Shown: positions 29,779 through 38,860, numbered from the stretch's first letter. The stretch: 64,000 bases of DNA from Gemmatimonadota bacterium (GCA_041486305.1 JBGPLG010000002.1:70970-134969); one strand, 5' to 3'. Notes: a model not told the origin generated them from the sequence alone. Translations and numbers: made by a program.

Positions 29779-30536
29779 TCGACCGGACCGAGAAGCTGCT
29801 TCAGTTTATCCATGAGTCCCGTCTTGATCGCCAGGGGAGGAACCGGCTCGACGGCCGCATCGGCCAGGATGGCGCCGGGATTCTTCACGGCGAGCAGGTC
29901 GGCCTGGAACGCGCCCCCCGCCTCGCACAGGAACCGGTACCCCGCGCCGATGCTGCGGTCGTCGCCATGATTGTCCGCGGCGATGACGTCCGCGAGGCCA
30001 TGGGCCAGGATTTCGCGGGCCCGCTGTCCCCGGCCTCGGCCGCTGAGTAGCGTGGTCGCGTCGACCTGCATCAGCGCCCCAATCGACTTCCAGTGCGACA
30101 CCGCCTGCGGAGTACACGCCCGGTAACGCTCCGGGTGGGCCAGCACCGGAACCAGCCCGGTCTGCACGATCTGGTAGAGCGCGTTGGCCACCGCCGGAAT
30201 GGCGGCGCCGCTGGTGAACTCCACCAGGATGTGCCGGGTGCCCCCAAGGGTCAGCCCCTGGTGCTCTCGAATATCGGGAGGAACCGGGCGGTCCAGCATC
30301 AGCTCCACGCCGCGGGACAGGGAAATCCCCTCGGGCGCCACGGCGGAGAGCGCGGCAAAGGCCCGATCGTGCGACGGCGGCAGGCCGCGGGGGATCCGGC
30401 CGACCGTGTGGTGCGGGGTCAGGCAGACGCCGGTGACCCCGGCCTCCTTCATGGCCTGGAGCACCCGCACCGATTGTTCGAGGGTCTTCGATCCGTCGTC
30501 CACGCCGGGCAGCAGGTGCGAGTGGAGGTCGATCAT
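29775..30536 (-). CDS. PHP-domain protein-tyrosine phosphatase (CpsB/CapC/YwqE family)
   Basis: N-terminus MIDLHSHLLPGVDDGS, further His-rich metal motifs (LTPHH, LAHPERY) and C-terminal DNHGD. Confidence 0.75.
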   Translation of the reverse strand: MIDLHSHLLPGVDDGSKTLEQSVRVLQAMKEAGVTGVCLTPHHTVGRIPRGLPPSHDRAFAALSAVAPEGISLSRGVELMLDRPVPPDIREHQGLTLGGTRHILVEFTSGAAIPAVANALYQIVQTGLVPVLAHPERYRACTPQAVSHWKSIGALMQVDATTLLSGRGRGQRAREILAHGLADVIAADNHGDDRSIGAGYRFLCEAGGAFQADLLAVKNPGAILADAAVEPVPPLAIKTGLMDKLKQLLGPVE

Positions 30537-30853
30537 CGGGTCGCCGAACCGAGCTCGGCCAGCTCGCGGGCAAACCCGCCCAGCTCCGCCGGACTGGCGC
30601 CGGCGCTCGCCTTGAGCGCCAGCGTCACCAGCGCGTCGGCGGCCAGCAGGTCGAGCGCCACGGCGCGGTCACCCGGATGCGCCAGCGTCGCCGCGAGGGC
30701 GGCCCGGGCCGCCGACTCGAGCGCCCGGGCCCGGTCCAGACCCGGGGGCTGGCGCTCGAGATACTGCTCGGCCCGGGCTCGGAGCGCCGCCGGCGCGCCG
30801 GCGCTCTGCTCCCGGAACCAGCGCACGGCGTCGGTCACGCCGAAGCCAGCCAT
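30533..30853 (-). CDS. hypothetical protein (Ala-rich, predicted helical)
   Basis: 106-codon ORF that exactly fills the space between alaS and the PHP phosphatase. ATGA coupling at 30533-30536 and a 19-nt overlap with the alaS stop. No recognisable family. Confidence 0.45.
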   Translation of the reverse strand: MAGFGVTDAVRWFREQSAGAPAALRARAEQYLERQPPGLDRARALESAARAALAATLAHPGDRAVALDLLAADALVTLALKASAGASPAELGGFARELAELGSATR

Positions 30854-33480
30854 TCCTCGATCAGGCGCGGCGCCGCCTCGCGGGCCGCGGGGAGCCGCGC
30901 GGGATCGCCCGCGCTGCCCGAAGCGAACGTTGGACGGCCCCCGCCCTTCCCGCCGCTCACCGCCGCGATCCGATTCACCAGGTCTCCCGCTTTGAGGCCC
31001 CGCGCGACCAGGTCGTCGGTCAGGGCGACGTGAATCGCACCGCGTCCGGCGGTGCCGAACAGCACCAGGGCCGAATTCTTCTTGGCGGCGCGGAACTGGT
31101 CGGCCACCCGCCCCACCTCGTCGCGGTCCTCGGCGCTGGTCTCCGTCAAGGTGACCGCGACCCCGCGGACCTCGAGCTCCTGGCCGGCCGCGTTGCTACC
31201 GCCACGCTGCACCATCTCCCGGACCCGGCTTTCCAGCTTGTCCCGGTCCAGGAGGAGCTGCTCGATGCGGCGCGCCAGGTGCTCGGGCTGGGTCTTGAGA
31301 AGCTCCCCGGCCTGGCGAAGCCGGGACTCGATCTCGTCGAGCGCGGCGTACGCCCCGGGGCCGGTCACCGCCTCGATACGGCGCACCCCGGCGGCGATGC
31401 CCCCCTGTGCGGTAAACCGGAACAGGCCGAGCGCACCGGTACTGGCGACGTGGGTCCCGCCGCACAGCTCGATGGAATCGCCCATTTGTACCACCCGAAC
31501 CACGTCGCCGTACTTGTCCGCGAAGAATGCCATGGCGCCGAGCGCCAGCGCGTCCGGATAGGGCAGTTCCCTGGTGCTCACCCCATGGTTGGCCCAGATC
31601 CCTTCGTTGACGTCGCGCTCGATCAGCTCCAGGGTGGCGGGCTCGATCGGACCATGGTGGGAAAAATCGAAGCGAAGCCGCTCGTCATCCACCAGGGACC
31701 CCTGCTGCCGGACGTGAGCGCCAAGATGCCGCCGCAGCGCCGCGTGTACCAGGTGCGTCGCACTGTGATTCCGCTCGATGTTGCGGCGCCGGAGTTCTTC
31801 GACCTGGGCCACCAGCGGAGTCGGCTCGAAGCCGGGCCCGAAGTCCCCGGCCACGACCACACCGCGCTCGTCCTTGCGCACGCCGTCGACCCGGAGAGTC
31901 CAGCCCTCTCCGGTCAGCGAACCGGTATCGCTGACCTGCCCGCCCGACTCGGCGTAGAACGGATTCTGGTGCAGTACGAGCTCCACCCGATCCCCGTCCT
32001 GCCGGAACGCCAGCGGCTCGGTCTGGGCCAGGGTGGTGTCGTAGCCGACGAACTTCTGCCGGCCCCGGCGGAGGACGTTCCACTTGGGCTTCCTCTCGCG
32101 CCTCACCGCGGGATCGCCCTTCACCCGCGCCGTGCCGCCCCGAGTCGCGCCTCCATGCCTTCCGGCGCGAGACCTGGTGCGTTGTTCCTCGAGCGCCCGC
32201 TCGAACCCGGCCAGATCGACGCCGACCCCGCGCTCCGCCGCGATCAGCTCGGTCAGATCCACCGGGAAGCCGTAGGTGTCGTACAGCTTGAAGACCTCAT
32301 CGCCGGAGATTTCCCGCTGCCCGGCCGCAAAGAGCTCCTCCAGCCGGGCGAGCCCGCCTTCGATCGTGGCGAGGAAGCGCACCTCTTCCGCCTCGGTCCA
32401 CTTCCGGATGTCGGCCCGGCCGGCGGCCAACTCGGGGTAGACACCGCCCATCAGGTCCACCACGATGCCGGTGAGCGGGGCCAGGGTCGGCTCCCGCCGC
32501 CCCAGCAGCCAGGCATGGCGCACCGCGCGACGAAGGATCCGCCGCACCACGTACCCGCGGCCCTCGTTGCCGGGAAAGACCCCGTCGGCCAGGAGAAAGG
32601 CCACGGCCCGGGCATGATCCGCGAGGACCCGGTACGATGCGCCGGCCCCACTCATGGAGCGGGGATAGGGCGCGCCAACCAGCTCGCCGACCTTGTCGAG
32701 CAGCGGCTGAAAGAGGTCGGTATGGAAATTGTCGTCCTCGCCCTGCATCACCGCGGAGATCCGCTCCAGCCCGGCGCCGGTGTCCACCGAGGGCCTGGGG
32801 AGGGGCGTCAGGGTGCCGTCGGGGGCGCGATCGAACTGCATGAAGACCAGGTTCCAGATCTCCAGGAACCGCCCCGACTCGGCCATGTCCTCGAATTCCG
32901 CCTGGGAGTACACCCGGGCCGGGGTGCCCGGCGTCCACTCGAGATCCACGTAGATCTCCGAGCAGGGGCCGCAGGGTCCGGTGTCACCCATCTGCCAGAA
33001 GTTGTCCTTTTCGGAGAGCCCGTACACCGAGGAAGCGGGCAGGTCGGTCACCTCGGCCCAGAGCCGGCGCGATTCGTCGTCGCTGTGGAGCACCGTGACG
33101 CGGAGGCGCTGCGGCGGGATGGCCAGAAACTCCTTCGAGGTGACGAACTCCCACGCAAAGGCGATGGCCTCGCGCTTGAAGTAGTCTCCGAAGGAGAAAT
33201 TGCCCAGCATCTCGAAGAAGGTGTGATGCCGGCGGGTAAGCCCCACCTGCTCCAGGTCGTTGTGCTTGCCGCCGGCGCGGACACACTTCTGGCAGCTCAC
33301 CGCCCGGCGGTACTCGCGTGGCTCCTGGCCCAGAAAGGTGCGCTTGAACTGCACCATCCCGGCGTTGACGAAGAGGAGGGTGGGATCGTCCTTGGGTTCG
33401 AGCCTCGACGAAGGCACCGGATGGTGCCCCCGGGCCTGGAAGAACTCGAGGAAGAGGCGGCGAATCTGGCTGGATTCCAT
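30835..33480 (-). CDS. alaS: alanine--tRNA ligase
   Basis: Start re-set to ATG 33478-33480 (MESSQIRRLFLEFFQARGHH). Class II core motifs (FVNAGM, KHNDLE.VG...HHTFFEMLGN), editing-domain HSATHL / CGGTHV, and a C-terminal DHHA1-like domain. Confidence 0.9.
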   Translation of the reverse strand: MESSQIRRLFLEFFQARGHHPVPSSRLEPKDDPTLLFVNAGMVQFKRTFLGQEPREYRRAVSCQKCVRAGGKHNDLEQVGLTRRHHTFFEMLGNFSFGDYFKREAIAFAWEFVTSKEFLAIPPQRLRVTVLHSDDESRRLWAEVTDLPASSVYGLSEKDNFWQMGDTGPCGPCSEIYVDLEWTPGTPARVYSQAEFEDMAESGRFLEIWNLVFMQFDRAPDGTLTPLPRPSVDTGAGLERISAVMQGEDDNFHTDLFQPLLDKVGELVGAPYPRSMSGAGASYRVLADHARAVAFLLADGVFPGNEGRGYVVRRILRRAVRHAWLLGRREPTLAPLTGIVVDLMGGVYPELAAGRADIRKWTEAEEVRFLATIEGGLARLEELFAAGQREISGDEVFKLYDTYGFPVDLTELIAAERGVGVDLAGFERALEEQRTRSRAGRHGGATRGGTARVKGDPAVRRERKPKWNVLRRGRQKFVGYDTTLAQTEPLAFRQDGDRVELVLHQNPFYAESGGQVSDTGSLTGEGWTLRVDGVRKDERGVVVAGDFGPGFEPTPLVAQVEELRRRNIERNHSATHLVHAALRRHLGAHVRQQGSLVDDERLRFDFSHHGPIEPATLELIERDVNEGIWANHGVSTRELPYPDALALGAMAFFADKYGDVVRVVQMGDSIELCGGTHVASTGALGLFRFTAQGGIAAGVRRIEAVTGPGAYAALDEIESRLRQAGELLKTQPEHLARRIEQLLLDRDKLESRVREMVQRGGSNAAGQELEVRGVAVTLTETSAEDRDEVGRVADQFRAAKKNSALVLFGTAGRGAIHVALTDDLVARGLKAGDLVNRIAAVSGGKGGGRPTFASGSAGDPARLPAAREAAPRLIEEWLASA

Positions 33481-33529
33481 GGGAGGGGAATATAGCCACC
33501 GCCCCCTGACCCACTCCCGCCCCACGGCC

Positions 33530-34234
33530 TTACTGGTCGGCGGCCTCCACCCCTCCACCCAGGAGAGCGCTCACGAGGCGGGTGACCGTGTGCCCGGCAA
33601 AGCCCCGCCGGGCCAGAAATGCCAGCAGCCGCCGCCGCTGCACTGGCCGGGAAAGTCCGCGCAGCTGGGCCAGCCGCCGGCGGGCCACGGCCTCGGCCTG
33701 GGGCGCGTCGCTACCGTCCGCGCCGAAGGCCTCCGACAGCGCCTGGTCCACCACGCTCCGCTCCACCCCCAGCGCGGCCAGATCCCTCCGAAGCCGCAGC
33801 GGCCCGCGCCCCCGAGCCGCACGGGTCTGGACGTAGTGCAGGGTGAAGCGGGGATCGTCCAGCAGCCCCATCCGCTCGGCGCGAACCCGCGCCGCTTCTG
33901 CGGCGAAAGGCGGATGCCCCTTGAGCACCAGGCGCCGGGCCAGGTCTTTCGCGGCAAACGGACGCCGTTCCAGGTACCGAAGCGCGGTGCGAAATGCCGC
34001 CTCCTCGTCGGCGGCGCGGCAGAGCCGGGTAAAGAGCGCCGCTTCGAGCGCCATGCCCGGCTCCAGCCGCTCCCGCTCCGCCACCTCTCGCGGGAGGGTG
34101 AGGAGCGGACGCCCCTGCACCATGACCCGCACGCTTCCCGCCCGGCGCGGATCGGGGACGACCGCCCCGACGATCCGGAGCGACGCCGGCTCAGTCAGCG
34201 TCGCCGTCATCACCATCGGCCGTCGCGACGGCAC
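33530..34234 (-). CDS. recX: recombination regulator RecX
   Basis: Immediately downstream of recA. Helical repeats with the RecX pattern ([21 protein letters not shown]; [24 protein letters not shown]). Start uncertain: GTG 34234, ATG 34216 or ATG 34210. All three overlap the recA 3' end. Confidence 0.7.
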   Translation of the reverse strand: MPSRRPMVMTATLTEPASLRIVGAVVPDPRRAGSVRVMVQGRPLLTLPREVAERERLEPGMALEAALFTRLCRAADEEAAFRTALRYLERRPFAAKDLARRLVLKGHPPFAAEAARVRAERMGLLDDPRFTLHYVQTRAARGRGPLRLRRDLAALGVERSVVDQALSEAFGADGSDAPQAEAVARRRLAQLRGLSRPVQRRRLLAFLARRGFAGHTVTRLVSALLGGGVEAADQ

Positions 34235-35267
34235 CCGGCTTCATGCCGAGGAATTCCTTGACCCTGGCCTCCACCTCCGCCATGAGCGTGGGGTTGTCCT
34301 TGAGGAAGAGCTTGGCATTTTCGCGGCCCTGCCCGATCCGCTGCTCTCCGTACGAGTACCAGGCCCCCGATTTCTGAATGATGTTGGCTTCGGCCGCGAG
34401 ATCCACGACCAGCCCGCAGTGGCTGATGCCCTCGTCGAACATCACGTCGAACTCCGCCTGCTTGAAGGGCGGCGCGACCTTGTTCTTCACCACCTTGACC
34501 CGGACATGGTTGCCGATGATGGCCTCCCGCTCCTTGACCGGACCGATGCGACGGATGTCGAGCCGGACCGACGCATAGAACTTGAGCGCCTTGCCGCCGG
34601 TGGTGGTTTCCGGGTTGCCGAACATCACGCCGATCTTCTCGCGGAGCTGGTTGATGAAGACCACGGCGCAATTGGAACGGTTGATGGCGCCGGCCAGCTT
34701 GCGAAGCGCCTGGCTCATGAGCCGGGCCTGGAGACCCATGTGGCTGTCGCCCATTTCTCCTTCGATTTCCGCCTTGGGCACCAGCGCCGCCACCGAGTCG
34801 ATGACCACGATGTCCACCGCGCCGGAGCGGACCAGGATCTCGACGATTTCCAGCGCCTGCTCCCCAGTGTCGGGCTGGGAGACCAGGAGGTTGTCGATGT
34901 CCACGCCCAGCTTCTTGGCGTATTCGATGTCGAGCGCATGCTCGGCGTCCACGTAGGCCGCGACACCGCCGGTCCGCTGCACGTTGGCGGCGAGATGGAG
35001 GGTGAGCGTGGTCTTGCCGGAGGATTCGGGACCGTAAATCTCGGTGATCCGACCCCGGGGAATGCCTCCGATACCGATGGCGGCATCGAGGTTGATGGCC
35101 CCGGTGGAGATGGCCTGGACCCGCTCCCGCGGGCTCTCGGACCCCATGCGCATGATCGAGCCCTTGCCCAGCTGCTTCTCGATCTGGGAAATGGCGAGGT
35201 TGAGCGCCTTGCGGCGCTCCCCGTCGAGTTTGGCGTCTTTGGCGTCCTTGATGTCCGGTGCGGCCAT
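34191..35267 (-). CDS. recA: recombinase RecA
   Basis: Start re-set to ATG 35265-35267, which has GAGG 6-9 nt upstream. Motifs [20 protein letters not shown], Walker [31 protein letters not shown] and [37 protein letters not shown]. Confidence 0.95.
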   Translation of the reverse strand: MAAPDIKDAKDAKLDGERRKALNLAISQIEKQLGKGSIMRMGSESPRERVQAISTGAINLDAAIGIGGIPRGRITEIYGPESSGKTTLTLHLAANVQRTGGVAAYVDAEHALDIEYAKKLGVDIDNLLVSQPDTGEQALEIVEILVRSGAVDIVVIDSVAALVPKAEIEGEMGDSHMGLQARLMSQALRKLAGAINRSNCAVVFINQLREKIGVMFGNPETTTGGKALKFYASVRLDIRRIGPVKEREAIIGNHVRVKVVKNKVAPPFKQAEFDVMFDEGISHCGLVVDLAAEANIIQKSGAWYSYGEQRIGQGRENAKLFLKDNPTLMAEVEARVKEFLGMKPGAVATADGDDGDAD

Positions 35268-35278
35268 CGGAACCTCAC

Positions 35279-35317
35279 TAGTAATATTGTGACTGATTTT
35301 GCTACACAAAAGTACTA
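35279..35317 (-). promoter_or_regulatory. candidate operator: 13-N13-13 imperfect inverted repeat in the AT-rich recA leader/promoter
   Basis: The minus strand reads TAGTACTTTTGTG-N13-CACAATATTACTA, with arms matching 11/13. It ends 2 nt upstream of the GAGG Shine-Dalgarno and lies inside the only strongly AT-rich stretch of the window (35268-35364). Confidence 0.4.
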
Positions 35318-35364
35318 TCAACCAAACTAATGCCGAATATTAGCCGAAACAAGTAGGCACTTAT

Positions 35365-35778
35365 TCACTTTCCAACACCACGCCACGCATCCTCGATGTG
35401 GGTGACCTGTGGAGAGGTGGAAGACCGCCCCTCCTCCACCGTGATCACGTCGAAACGGTAGCGATCGCCCGGGAGACCAAATCGAACCCGCCACAGCTCC
35501 GCCAGCCGCCCCATGACCGCCCGCTTGCGCCAGTTGACCGCCTCCACCGGCTTCCCGAACCGGGCCGAACGGCGAGTCTTGACCTCCACGAACGCCACCA
35601 GGCTGCCCAACCGGGCCACGATATCGAGATCGTGATGGCCCAGCCTGAACCGATGGGCCTCGATGCGCCACCCCAGCCGAAGGAGGTAGGACATTGCCGC
35701 CTTTTCTCCGGCGTAGCCGCGCCGGTGGCGCGGATCGGTCCATTCGCTGACGGGTTTGGGAGCGCGTGCGGTGGGCAT
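35365..35778 (-). CDS. yraN: YraN-family (UPF0102) endonuclease-like protein
   Basis: Start re-set to ATG 35776-35778. Motifs GYAGEKAAMSYLLRLGWRI and ..HDLDIVA..G.LVFVEVKTR match the YraN pattern. Confidence 0.65.
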   Translation of the reverse strand: MPTARAPKPVSEWTDPRHRRGYAGEKAAMSYLLRLGWRIEAHRFRLGHHDLDIVARLGSLVAFVEVKTRRSARFGKPVEAVNWRKRAVMGRLAELWRVRFGLPGDRYRFDVITVEEGRSSTSPQVTHIEDAWRGVGK

Positions 35779-35857
35779 GGCCGACGATAACGCGAGCAGG
35801 AGTTCCTGGTGGAACCAAACCAATGCGGGGACACACCAATCCGACGCGGGGTCCTTC

Positions 35858-35905
35858 GTAGCGTCCTAGCGTCGTAGCGTCTTAGCGTCCTAGCGTCTTA
35901 GCCTC
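35858..35905. repeat. tandem array, six copies of the 8-mer NTAGCGTC
   Basis: Read directly: GTAGCGTC CTAGCGTC GTAGCGTC TTAGCGTC CTAGCGTC TTAGCCTC. Located between the ftsK stop (35913-35915) and the yraN start. Confidence 0.9.
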
Positions 35906-35912
35906 CTCGCCT

Positions 35913-38126
35913 CTACCGCGAGTACTCATCCAGCTGCGACAGCCCGATCAGGACCTCCCTCGGCTTGCTCCCGTCCGGCGGGCCGAGAATCCCTGCGGCA
36001 TGGAGCTGGTCGATCACCCGCGCCGCGCGGCCGTAGCCGATGCGGAGCTTGCGCTGCAGCAACGAGGTCGAGCCGCCCTGATTCTGGATGCAGGCTTCGG
36101 CCGCCTCACGGAACAGCGCGTCGCGCTCGCCCTCGTCGCCGGCCTCGCCGCCGCCCTCCTCCTCGGTTTCCTGGGCCCGCATGAACGCGAGAATGTCCTC
36201 CTCCGCCCGCTTCTGCGCCATGGCTTCCCGGCGGTCCGAGAACCACTTCATCAGGTCTTCGGTTTCCTCGGTGCCGATGAAGGCGCCCTGCAGACGCATC
36301 GGCTCGCTCTTTCCCGGTGGAAGGAACAGCATGTCGCCGTTTCCGAGCAGCGCCTCGGCGCCGTTGCCGTCGAGAATCGTCCGGCTGTCGACTTTGGAGG
36401 CCACCCGAAACGCGATCCGGCTCGGGAAATTGGCCTTGATGAGCCCGGTGATCACATTCACCGACGGCCGCTGGGTGGCCAGGACCAGATGGATTCCGAT
36501 GGCGCGGGCCTTCTGGGCCAGCATCGCGAGCGGCGTCTCCACCTCACCCTGCACCGTCATCATCAGGTCGGCGAGCTCGTCCACGATGATCACCAGGTAC
36601 GGCAGCCGGCCCTCGGTGTAGTCCTCGTTCTGCGGCGGCACCGGCGCGCCGGGTTCCGCCTCGGCACTGATCGTGGCGAGGGTCGGCTTCGGACGCACCG
36701 GCATCCGGAGCGGCTTGGCCTCGTCCACTTTCCGGTTGAAGTCGGCCACGTTGCGCGCGCCGTTGGCATGGAGCAGCTCGTAGCGCCGGTTCATCTCGTG
36801 CACCGCCCACTTGAGCACCCGGGCCGCGTCATGGTTGTTGGTGACGACCGGGTGCCGGAGGTGGGGCAGCGCGTTGTACATCGAGAGCTCGACCATCTTG
36901 GGATCGATCATCAGCATCCGGAGATCGGTCGCGGTGTAGCGGTAGACCAGCGCGGTGATGATGGTGTTGATCGCCACCGACTTGCCGGAACCGGTGGCCC
37001 CGGCGATCAGGAGATGCGGCATCTTGGCCAGGTCGGTGACCACCGGCTTGCCCTCAAGGTCGCGGCCCAGCGCGATCGGCAGGACCGACCGGACCCGCCA
37101 CTCGGGCGTCTCCAGCAACTCCCGCAGCGTCACCATGCGCGCGGTCGGATTGGGAACCTCGACCCCGACCGCGCCCCGCCCGGGGATCGGCGCCACCCGG
37201 ATGCTCATCGCCCGCATCGTGATCGCGAGATCGTCCGCGAGCGCCACCAGGCGCCCCGCCTTGACCCCGGGGGCCGGCACGATCTCGAACTGGGTGACCA
37301 CCGGACCGCTGGTTCGCCCGGCGAGGGTGCCCTCCACCTTGAACGTGCGGAGGGTGTCGAGGAGCGCCTGTCCCAGTCGATCGAGCTGCGCCGCATCCGC
37401 CGCGGTGTCCTGGGGCGGCGGAGACTTGAGCAGCGTGATCGGCGGGAGCAGATCGTCGTGGGGCGTCGGTCCGCGGGTGGGGGCGCGCTCGGAAGGAAGG
37501 TCGGTCTTTGGCTTTCCTTCGCGCTTCTTGGCGACCTTCGCCTTTACAACGGCGATCACCCCGCTGTCGTCGTCATCTTCCTCGTCCGGCGCCTCGGGGC
37601 GCGCGAGCGCATGCCCCCCTTGTCCGGCTAGCCCGCCCTGCCCGTCCATCTTCTTCTCCAGGCGGTGCAGCGGATGCCATGCGAGCGTCGCGAGCGTGAG
37701 CCCGGTGAGGGCCAGGAACGCGAGGAGGAATCCGCCCGGCTGCCCGATGGTCTCGATGACCCCTCGCGCCGCGAAACCGGCCAGCCATCCGGTCGCACGG
37801 GCCCGGAGGGGCCAGTCCGCAAAGTCCTCCGACGCGACCCTGGTCGCGACCCCGATGCTGAAGGGCACCAGGACCGTGAGGCCGCTGACCAGGGCCCCGA
37901 CGCGCTTCATGTCGAGTCGCCCTGCTCGATCGAAGCCCGCGAGCGCCAACCCGAGACCGAGGAGCGGGAGACCCACCGCTCCGGCGCCCAGCATGCGCCA
38001 CAGGAATCCGCCCAGGCCCTGCCCCACCGGGCCCGTGGGTATGGACGGGACCAGGGTCAGGCCGAGGAAGATGCCCAGCACCAGCGCCGCGACGGCGGAG
38101 AAGCGACGGCGATCCTCCGGTCTCAC
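35913..38126 (-). CDS. ftsK: DNA translocase FtsK
   Basis: N-terminal TM segments, a Pro/Asp-rich linker, motor domain (Walker A GATGSGKSV, IVDELADLMM) and C-terminal gamma winged-helix (STSLLQRKLRIGYGRAARVIDQL). Start set at GTG 38124-38126, which overlaps the comB stop (GTGA) and gives [18 protein letters not shown]. Confidence 0.85.
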   Translation of the reverse strand: MRPEDRRRFSAVAALVLGIFLGLTLVPSIPTGPVGQGLGGFLWRMLGAGAVGLPLLGLGLALAGFDRAGRLDMKRVGALVSGLTVLVPFSIGVATRVASEDFADWPLRARATGWLAGFAARGVIETIGQPGGFLLAFLALTGLTLATLAWHPLHRLEKKMDGQGGLAGQGGHALARPEAPDEEDDDDSGVIAVVKAKVAKKREGKPKTDLPSERAPTRGPTPHDDLLPPITLLKSPPPQDTAADAAQLDRLGQALLDTLRTFKVEGTLAGRTSGPVVTQFEIVPAPGVKAGRLVALADDLAITMRAMSIRVAPIPGRGAVGVEVPNPTARMVTLRELLETPEWRVRSVLPIALGRDLEGKPVVTDLAKMPHLLIAGATGSGKSVAINTIITALVYRYTATDLRMLMIDPKMVELSMYNALPHLRHPVVTNNHDAARVLKWAVHEMNRRYELLHANGARNVADFNRKVDEAKPLRMPVRPKPTLATISAEAEPGAPVPPQNEDYTEGRLPYLVIIVDELADLMMTVQGEVETPLAMLAQKARAIGIHLVLATQRPSVNVITGLIKANFPSRIAFRVASKVDSRTILDGNGAEALLGNGDMLFLPPGKSEPMRLQGAFIGTEETEDLMKWFSDRREAMAQKRAEEDILAFMRAQETEEEGGGEAGDEGERDALFREAAEACIQNQGGSTSLLQRKLRIGYGRAARVIDQLHAAGILGPPDGSKPREVLIGLSQLDEYSR

Positions 38127-38860
38127 GCCGCGACTGCCGAGGTGATCCGCCGGTCGTGGAAGATCGGCAGCACTGGATAGGAGTTTTCTCGCGCCGCGTC
38201 GGCCACGTCGGCGCCCATGCCCAGCTTGGCGAGCTGGCGGCCGGCGGCCGAGAGCGAGAGGGGGCGTTCCCACGACTTGAAGCGACGGGCCAGGTCTACC
38301 GCGACCCGGGCCGCGTCGTTCAATCCCTTGCGGCGGCGCCCGCCGGCGATCGCTTCCAGCGCGAGCCGGCCCGCGGCGTAGGCGTCATCGAGGCCGAACT
38401 GTCCCTCCTTGCCGGCGCACACGATCACCAGGTCCTTCCGGGTTTCCAGCAGCTCGCGGGCCCGCTGCCCGGCGAGGCCGAGATTGGCGGCGGCGGCCAC
38501 GTACACCTCGGCGGCGCCCTGGGTCGCGAGCAGGGCGCGGGTGCCGTTGGTCGTGGACATCACCAGGGTCTTGCCGCGCACGGTCGCCTCGGTCATCTCC
38601 AGGGGGCTGTTGCCCAGCGGAAACCCCTCGATCGGCTGGCAATTGCGCTCGCCCATGAGGATCACGTCTTCGGGGCCCAGGGTCTGGGCCATCCGGCTCG
38701 CCTCGTCTACGCTGGCCACCGGCACGATCCCCTTGGCGCCGTGGTACAGGGCGGCGCAGATGACGGTGGTGGCCCGCAGCACATCCACCACGAATACCGC
38801 TCGTCCCGCCACCTCCGGTGGCGCGAGGCCGGCGGCTGAAAAGAACACGTCGAGCTTCAT
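38123..38860 (-). CDS. comB: 2-phosphosulfolactate phosphatase family protein (ComB-like)
   Basis: N-terminal [19 protein letters not shown] motif typical of the ComB family. ATGA overlap with the accC stop. Confidence 0.65.
   Translation of the reverse strand: MKLDVFFSAAGLAPPEVAGRAVFVVDVLRATTVICAALYHGAKGIVPVASVDEASRMAQTLGPEDVILMGERNCQPIEGFPLGNSPLEMTEATVRGKTLVMSTTNGTRALLATQGAAEVYVAAAANLGLAGQRARELLETRKDLVIVCAGKEGQFGLDDAYAAGRLALEAIAGGRRRKGLNDAARVAVDLARRFKSWERPLSLSAAGRQLAKLGMGADVADAARENSYPVLPIFHDRRITSAVAA

Noticed and set aside
35858-35905. Possible CRISPR array, suggested by the regular repeats.
   Set aside because: The repeat unit is only 8 bp and the copies are directly abutting with no spacers. 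No cas genes are present in the window, so this is not a CRISPR.
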